A stretch of DNA of 47,691 nucleotides from an uncultured Coriobacteriia bacterium (GTDB lineage Bacteria; Actinomycetota; Aquicultoria; CAYWVN01): assembly GCA_964461725.1 (NCBI GenBank), contig CAYWVN010000001.1:1-47691 (forward strand), given 5' to 3'. Both the position numbers and the translations under genes were made by a program. Shown in pieces: positions 43,093 through 47,691 of this stretch. Numbering within the stretch: position 1 is the first letter of the stretch; every line of letters starts with the position of its first letter. The notes under the pieces are model-generated. The model saw nothing but the letters and a program-made list of their open reading frames with translations, was not told the origin of the DNA and made no database searches.

Positions 43093-43106
43093 CCGGCCCC
43101 GCCGGT

Positions 43107-43148
43107 CCATGTACCATCGTCCACCCATGTACCATCGTCCACCCATGT
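43107..43148. repeat. 18-bp tandem repeat, 2.3 copies (CCATGTACCATCGTCCAC)
   Basis: Exact copies at 43107-43124 and 43125-43142, and a partial third copy at 43143-43148. Intergenic. Confidence 0.9.
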
Positions 43149-43245
43149 CTGCCCATTCGGGCAATGCGCACGCCTGTGGTATCCTGAAAAGGTTGACGGG
43201 TGGTCTTTCGGGGGCACAACCCTGATCCAATCCAGGAGGAACATC

Positions 43246-44793
43246 GTGAAGCGTAGGAGTTCTGCCGGGAAGAGGTCCGTGTGGACGGTGGCCGCCCTGG
43301 TCATGGCCGCTGTGATGTCGTGGTCGGGGCCTGCGCCGGCGTCCTCCGGCGCGCGGGTCTTGAGTCCGGCGCTGTCCGGGAGCGTGTTGCGCCGGCATCT
43401 GGAGCTGCGCAGGTCGGCGGAGTTCGCGCGGGCCAGAAGGGCGGCTGTCGGGAGCGCGTCGCTGCTGCAGCCGGCCGACACGACCCACGCTAATCCCCTG
43501 TCCCATCCCGTCGAGACCAAGGCCAAGAACGTGCCGATAACGGGCACTCTATCCAAGGGGACTCTATCGAGGACACGGGTCGACAAGACCGATCTGTACC
43601 GCATCTACCTGGCGGCCGGTGACATACTGAACTTCACTCTAGACACCACCTCCGACGCCGCGTCCGCGGACTTCGATCCCGATGTCTACCTCTATCGGGC
43701 CGCCGATTGGCCCTACGGCAAGCCTCTCAACCAATCGAACCGCTATGTGACGGGCGGTGGGCAGTACATCCGGACGGCCGAGCAGTTCATCCAGCAGATA
43801 CCCGCCACCGGCTACTACTACGTGTACCTGGAGGGCTACGTCGGGTCCGGTACCTACTGCGCGATGCCGGCGGTCACCACCGACGACACCGCCGCCGACG
43901 TCATGGCCTTCTCGCGCGGCTTTACCCATGGAGTCCTGGGCCTAGGAGCTGACACCAAGGACAGCTACACGTTCCCTATTCCCGACGGGGACAGGCGTGT
44001 CATATACGCCGGACCGTCTTTCGGGTCGGCTCTCACTTCGGACATCGCCTTGCACACACCCACGCTCGGCACCCGATATGCTGACTTCACCGACTCAGAC
44101 GACTGGCAGGCCATCGACGTGTCCGCGGGCACCGGGGAGGGCGGCACCTTCACTCTGGACGTGACCCCGGCGGCGTCGACGAGCGGCGCCTACGCGCTCT
44201 GGGTGCTCTACACGTCCGACATCACGCGGACATCGTCTCACGATCCGCTGACCGTGACTTATGGGCAGCCCGTCACCTTCACCGGGCACGTGAACTACTC
44301 CGGCCCCTATGACCACACCGGCACCGAAGTCGATGTCTACCGCCGGGGTGCCTCGGGCGGAACTATCTGGACCAGCATGGGCTACGCCTGGCTCGACTCG
44401 TCGGGGAACTACAGCGTCTCGGCCAAACCGACCGCCAGCGGCAATCACTATGCACTCTGGTTGGGTGACTCCGACCACGACGTCTGGGGAACCGACAACC
44501 GGCCCATCGTGGTCAAGGCCAAGGTGACCATGGGCACTTCGTCGTCCCGTATCCGTAGGGGATCTTCTGTGCGGCTCTACGGCAGTGTGGCGCCGAGGCA
44601 CCACGGGACAGTCTACATCCAGAAGAAGGTGGGCGACAGCTACCGGACGGTGGGGCACGCCGCTCTCAACACTCTGAGCAAATGGGCCTGGCGCACCTAT
44701 CCCAGCCGTTCGGCCAGGTGGCGGGCCTACTTCAAGGGAGACGCGTCTCACGCGAAGGGGTACAGCGCTTCCCGGTACGTGCGCGTCTACTAG
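43246..44793 (+). CDS. Secreted protein with a pre-peptidase C-terminal (PPC)-like domain and Ig-like repeats
   Basis: GTG start after AGGAGG. Signal peptide VWTVAALVMAAVMSWSGPAPA. PPC-like segment DKTDLYRIYLAAGDILNFTLD...YLYRA. Confidence 0.5.
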   Translation: MKRRSSAGKRSVWTVAALVMAAVMSWSGPAPASSGARVLSPALSGSVLRRHLELRRSAEFARARRAAVGSASLLQPADTTHANPLSHPVETKAKNVPITGTLSKGTLSRTRVDKTDLYRIYLAAGDILNFTLDTTSDAASADFDPDVYLYRAADWPYGKPLNQSNRYVTGGGQYIRTAEQFIQQIPATGYYYVYLEGYVGSGTYCAMPAVTTDDTAADVMAFSRGFTHGVLGLGADTKDSYTFPIPDGDRRVIYAGPSFGSALTSDIALHTPTLGTRYADFTDSDDWQAIDVSAGTGEGGTFTLDVTPAASTSGAYALWVLYTSDITRTSSHDPLTVTYGQPVTFTGHVNYSGPYDHTGTEVDVYRRGASGGTIWTSMGYAWLDSSGNYSVSAKPTASGNHYALWLGDSDHDVWGTDNRPIVVKAKVTMGTSSSRIRRGSSVRLYGSVAPRHHGTVYIQKKVGDSYRTVGHAALNTLSKWAWRTYPSRSARWRAYFKGDASHAKGYSASRYVRVY

Positions 44794-44859
44794 GAGAATC
44801 GGATAGGCGCGCGCGGCCGGTACGGGCCGGCGCGCCAAACGGGCGAACATGACGATGAG

Positions 44860-44888
44860 GGACCCGAGACTTGCTCTCGGGTCCTTTT
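44860..44888 (+). terminator. Strong rho-independent terminator
   Basis: Perfect 10-bp stem GGACCCGAGA / TCTCGGGTCC, loop CTTGC, then TTTTG. Confidence 0.85.
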
Positions 44889-44891
44889 GCA

Positions 44892-44908
44892 TATAAGCTG
44901 CGCTTATA
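44892..44908. promoter_or_regulatory. LysR-type binding box (T-N11-A dyad) TATAAGC-tgc-GCTTATA
   Basis: Perfect 7-bp inverted repeat, 39 nt upstream of the LysR start. It overlaps a TATAAG -10-like hexamer. Confidence 0.55.
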
Positions 44909-44946
44909 GAGTCTCTTCGGCCATCTGTCCCCGGGAGGTGGGTCAG

Positions 44947-45855
44947 TTGAACCTTAACCAGCTGCGCGCGTTCGTCACAGTCGCCGATAAGGGCAGCTTT
45001 TCGGTCACCGCCAAGGTACTCGGCGTGTCTCAACCGGCGGTCACGCTCCAGATCCAGTCGCTCGAGGACTCCCTCGGCGTGGAACTCCTGGATCGGCAGA
45101 CGCGAAAGGTGCGCCTTACCGACCCGGGGCAGGTCTTCTATCCGGTCGCGCGACAGGTTCTGTCCCGCCTGGAGACGGCTCAGCAGCAGCTCGAAGAGCT
45201 GTCGCAGCAGGTGAAGGGGCGGCTGGTGGTGGGCGGGAGTACCATTCCCGGCCAGCATATCCTGCCCCGTATCCTCGGCCTCTTCAAGCAGCGGTATCCG
45301 GACGTGAGCGTGGCGCTGGAGGTGGCCGACACCCGGGCAATCGTCGACAAGATCACGGACCGGGAGATCGACGTCGGACTGATCGGCGCTCCCGTGAAGA
45401 AGGAGCACCTGATCAGCCGGGAACTTACCGCGGATGAACTCGTCATGGTGGTCCCCGCGGACCATCCGCTCGCCCGCAAGCGCAAGATCCCACTCACGGC
45501 GCTCTCCCAGCACGATTTCATCCTCCGCGAGGCCGGTTCGGGCACCCGCCAGGCGACCCAGGAGTTCCTGCGTTCCCATGGAATGGGCTTGGAGCGGCTG
45601 CGAGTCTCGATGGAGCTCGGGAGCAGCGAGGCGGTGGTAAGCGCCGTCGAGGCGGGCCTGGGGATTTCGATCGTCTCCAGATGGGCGGCCGAGAAGGCGC
45701 TGGCGCTGGGGCGGGTGAAGATCGCCAAGGTCGAGGGACTGCCGCTCTTGCGACCGCTCTATCTGGTCTACCAGGAGCATCCGCGAGGCAAAGTGGCAAA
45801 GGTGTTCGTGGAGTTCACAGAGGGTTTGGACATGTCGAAGGTCCAGCCAAGCTAG
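44947..45855 (+). CDS. LysR-family transcriptional regulator
   Basis: HTH region LNQLRAFVTVADKGSFSVTAKVLGVSQPAVTLQIQSLE plus a substrate-binding domain. TTG 44947 lies 6 nt after GGGAGG. The track start 44887 lies inside the terminator. Confidence 0.9.
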   Translation: MNLNQLRAFVTVADKGSFSVTAKVLGVSQPAVTLQIQSLEDSLGVELLDRQTRKVRLTDPGQVFYPVARQVLSRLETAQQQLEELSQQVKGRLVVGGSTIPGQHILPRILGLFKQRYPDVSVALEVADTRAIVDKITDREIDVGLIGAPVKKEHLISRELTADELVMVVPADHPLARKRKIPLTALSQHDFILREAGSGTRQATQEFLRSHGMGLERLRVSMELGSSEAVVSAVEAGLGISIVSRWAAEKALALGRVKIAKVEGLPLLRPLYLVYQEHPRGKVAKVFVEFTEGLDMSKVQPS

Positions 45856-45890
45856 GGCCCAGGAGAGGCGAGCGTTCGGGACGGACGGAT

Positions 45891-46208
45891 ATGAGCGAAG
45901 ACGGCAGCAACAGAGACAGCGGCAACGACAGCTCTTCCACTTCCGGCGACCGGGGTAGGAATCGAGGCTTGCGGGGACTGGCCACGTTCGGCTCGACGCA
46001 CCACGTGCTGAAGGCTGAGAAGCTGTTGCTTGAGGCGGGGCTGGACGTCCGGATGGTGCCGATGCCGCGGGAAGTGAGCTCGGACTGTGGGGTCGCCTTG
46101 GAGTTCGCCTATGAGCTGACGCCGGAAGTCCGGGACACCGTGCGCGAAGCCGGTCTCGACGTGAAGCGCATCCACCGCCTGACTCCGGGGCGGCAGGCTG
46201 GCGGCTAG
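45891..46208 (+). CDS. DUF3343-like putative Se/S carrier protein with a Ser/Asp/Gly-rich N-tail
   Basis: Core ATFGSTHHVLKAEKLLLEAGLDVRMVPMPREVSSDCGVALEF matches my recollection of the DUF3343 pattern (conserved SxxCG). ATG 45891 is preferred to the track start 45681, which overlaps the lysR gene. Confidence 0.55.
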   Translation: MSEDGSNRDSGNDSSSTSGDRGRNRGLRGLATFGSTHHVLKAEKLLLEAGLDVRMVPMPREVSSDCGVALEFAYELTPEVRDTVREAGLDVKRIHRLTPGRQAGG

Positions 46209-46236
46209 TTCGCCCAGCTCACAGGCCTTGCCAAAG

Positions 46237-46264
46237 GACACGCCCGCAGACACGCCCGCAGACA
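46237..46264. repeat. 12-bp tandem repeat, 2.3 copies (GACACGCCCGCA)
   Basis: Exact copies at 46237-46248 and 46249-46260, with a partial copy at 46261-46264, just upstream of the tupA promoter. Confidence 0.9.
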
Positions 46265-46268
46265 GTAC

Positions 46269-46297
46269 TTGTTCCGCACGCCTTTTTCCCCTAGAAT
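46269..46297 (+). promoter_or_regulatory. Promoter TTGTTC-17 nt-TAGAAT for the tupA leader
   Basis: -10 TAGAAT (46292-46297) matches 5/6, with a 17-nt spacer and -35 TTGTTC. Confidence 0.4.
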
Positions 46298-46319
46298 CAA
46301 TGACAACTTCATATCGGAA

Positions 46320-46445
46320 TTCTCCGACCCGACTTCTCTAAAGCCGCGCGAGCGGCCAAGGGATTAGGGCGAAGGGCCCGGCTCGACGGGGCTCACAGGG
46401 TGTAGCTGGAAACGGCTGTGCCTCCCGTGTTTGGAAAGGAGGAGA
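46320..46445 (+). ncRNA. Candidate Moco/Tuco (molybdenum/tungsten cofactor) riboswitch aptamer
   Basis: 5' UCUCCGACC ... GCCUCCC ... GGAAAGGAGGAGA resembles the conserved Moco-motif blocks as I recall them (CUCCGAGCC, GCCUCC, AAAGGAG). P1 is TCTCC/GGAGA. Internal hairpins GCCGC-GCGA-GCGGC and GGGC-GAAGG-GCCC. It sits in the 5' leader of a tungstate transporter. Not verified against a covariance model. Confidence 0.4.
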
Positions 46446-46463
46446 TCAGATGGCGCTCATGCG

Positions 46464-46503
46464 CCTACCTTTCCGGCATCGGGATCGGTAGGCGTTTTTG
46501 TTT
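46464..46503 (+). terminator. Intrinsic terminator inside the tupA leader (attenuator / riboswitch expression platform)
   Basis: CCTACC...(CCG-gcat-CGG)...GGTAGG followed by CG-TTTTT-G-TTT, 84 nt upstream of the tupA ATG. Confidence 0.6.
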
Positions 46504-46586
46504 GCCACCGCTTCCGTTGTCCGGAGGCGGCCACGATGCATACCCGGTCGCAATGCGTTTGTTCAAAGCAAGAAGGGAGAGGAGCC

Positions 46587-47486
46587 ATGGCAAGACTACT
46601 GCGGCATCGCATGACCCGCGTGGCTGCGGCATCGGCCATCGCGTTGGCCGTATTTGGTGGGGCAGTCGCCGGCTGCAAGACAGGGCTCAAGACCGGCAAG
46701 ACCGGCGGAGAGGGAACCAAGGTCGGGGGAGAGATCATCCTCGCCACTACGACGAGCACCGCCGACACGGGCCTGCTGGATGTGCTCCTGCCGGCTTTCA
46801 CCAAGAAGACGGGTACACAAGTGAAGCCGATCGCCGTGGGTAGCGGCGAGGCATTCAAGATGGGAATCCAGGGAGAGGCCGACGTGCTGCTGGTCCACGC
46901 GCCGGCCGACGAGGAGAGCTTTGTGGCGGCCGGGTTCGGCATGGACCGCAAGCCGGTCATGTACAATTACTTCGTCGTGGTCGGCCCTAAGAACGACCCG
47001 GCCGGCATCAAAGGCCTGACCAGCGCTGCGGAGGCTCTAAAGAGAATCGCGGCGGCCAAGGCCACTTTCGTGTCCCGCGGCGACGACTCTGGTACCAACA
47101 AGAAGGAGCTCAAGCTCTGGAAGGGCGCGGGAATCGAGCCCAAGGGTAGCTGGTACGTAGACACCGGCCAGGGCATGGGTGAGACGCTGCGCATCGCCAG
47201 CGAGAAGAAGGGGTATACGCTCTCCGATACCGGCACCTACATCGCGACCAAGGAGAGTCTGCAGCTGGTTGCGCTGGTCGAGAAGAACAAGGACCTGCTG
47301 AACGCCTACTCGGTCATCGTCATCAACCCGAAGAAGTTCCCTAAGGTCAACGTCGCCGGCACCAGGGCCTTCGCGCAGTGGATCACCTCGGCTGAAGGCC
47401 AGGATCTGATCGGCAGGTTCGGTGTGGAGAAGTTCGGTGCGGCCCTGTTCACGCCTGACGCGGAGACGGGGCCTCCCGGCAAGTAG
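46587..47486 (+). CDS. tupA: Tungstate ABC transporter substrate-binding lipoprotein TupA
   Basis: Lipoprotein signal AIALAVFGGAVAGC. TupA hallmark ATTTSTADTGLLDVLLPAF, plus GEADVLLVHAP, VSRGDDSGTNKKE and TGQGMGETL. ATG 46587 follows GGGAGAGGAG. The track start 46431 lies in the leader. Confidence 0.85.
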   Translation: MARLLRHRMTRVAAASAIALAVFGGAVAGCKTGLKTGKTGGEGTKVGGEIILATTTSTADTGLLDVLLPAFTKKTGTQVKPIAVGSGEAFKMGIQGEADVLLVHAPADEESFVAAGFGMDRKPVMYNYFVVVGPKNDPAGIKGLTSAAEALKRIAAAKATFVSRGDDSGTNKKELKLWKGAGIEPKGSWYVDTGQGMGETLRIASEKKGYTLSDTGTYIATKESLQLVALVEKNKDLLNAYSVIVINPKKFPKVNVAGTRAFAQWITSAEGQDLIGRFGVEKFGAALFTPDAETGPPGK

Positions 47487-47513
47487 CGCTTTGAAGGAGG
47501 CAGAAGTACTCAG

Positions 47514-47691
47514 ATGCAGGTTCTGCTGGAGGGGTTCGCCAAAGCGTTTGTTCTGATCGCGTCCGGGAACCCGGACGTGCTGGAGAGCACGCTCCGGACG
47601 CTCCAAGTCTCGGGGGTCGCCGTACCGTTACAAATGGTCATCGGCGTGCCGGCCGGGGTAGCATTTGCCCTCGGGAGCTTCCCGGGCCGGC
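47514..47691 (+). CDS. tupB: Tungstate ABC transporter permease TupB, 3'-truncated by the window end
   Basis: My own translation from ATG 47514 (after GAAGGAGG): MQVLLEGFAKAFVLIASGNPDVLESTLRTLQVSGVAVPLQMVIGVPAGVAFALGSFPGR. The frame is open to nt 47691. This is the typical N-terminus of TupB/ModB-like permeases. Confidence 0.7.
   Translation, partial: MQVLLEGFAKAFVLIASGNPDVLESTLRTLQVSGVAVPLQMVIGVPAGVAFALGSFPGR

Noticed and set aside
44887-44946. 5' extension of the LysR ORF
   Set aside because: It starts inside the terminator U-tract and covers the LysR box. The HTH begins right after TTG 44947, which has a GGGAGG RBS.
44095-45780. 561-aa ORF on the minus strand
   Set aside because: It runs straight across a strong plus-strand terminator and an intergenic region, and is antisense to both the PPC-domain gene and the LysR gene. 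It cannot be a real gene.
46431-46586. 5' extension of the tupA ORF (MERRRSDGAH...)
   Set aside because: It covers the leader hairpins and the terminator. The lipoprotein signal peptide and RBS define ATG 46587 as the start.

Overview
High-GC (~65%) chromosomal segment from an anaerobic bacterium. It looks monoderm, since no porin or outer-membrane genes are visible. Lineage cannot be assigned from sequence alone; it has Actinomycetota/Chloroflexota-like traits: many GTG/TTG starts, ATGA/TGATG gene overlaps, and an ALDxxLExxxxG-type N-terminal module. All calls come from reading the six-frame track and the DNA by eye; no searches were run. Contents in order: (1) A 5'-partial ORF that switches abruptly at nt ~420 from a CusA/CzcA RND-pump fragment to a haem/PKD protein (assembly chimera or fusion scar). 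(2) A ~17-19 kb locus, the main candidate for an undescribed system (an extracellular or cell-envelope electron conduit of a monoderm). It is built around two giant multihaem c-type cytochromes (~22 and ~18 haem sites). It also holds an adjacent System II cytochrome c maturation pair (resB/ccsA), a translationally coupled radical-SAM/TPR/NHL/lipoprotein/O-antigen-ligase-like module, a small 3-TM protein, and menaquinone-related genes. (3) tatA-tatC, then a Tat-exported membrane-anchored [NiFeSe] hydrogenase whose large subunit needs UGA-selenocysteine read-through (the ORF track truncates it) and its maturation protease. (4) Two small c-type cytochrome genes: one predicts a ~25-residue mature monohaem peptide, the other is a c7-like trihaem gene split by a homopolymer frameshift. 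hypA/hypB follow. (5) A complete selenium-utilisation island: HD protein, cysteine-desulfurase-like protein, Sec-containing selD (also truncated in the track), yedF, selA, selB and tRNA-Sec, with a DUF3343-like gene nearby. (6) Three secreted proteins (GH26-like, M23 peptidase, PPC-domain). (7) A LysR regulator with an upstream LysR box. (8) tupAB (tungstate ABC transporter), preceded by a promoter, a Moco/Tuco-riboswitch-like leader and an intrinsic terminator. No CRISPR array, transposase, integrase or rRNA was seen. The long antisense ORFs are high-GC artefacts.
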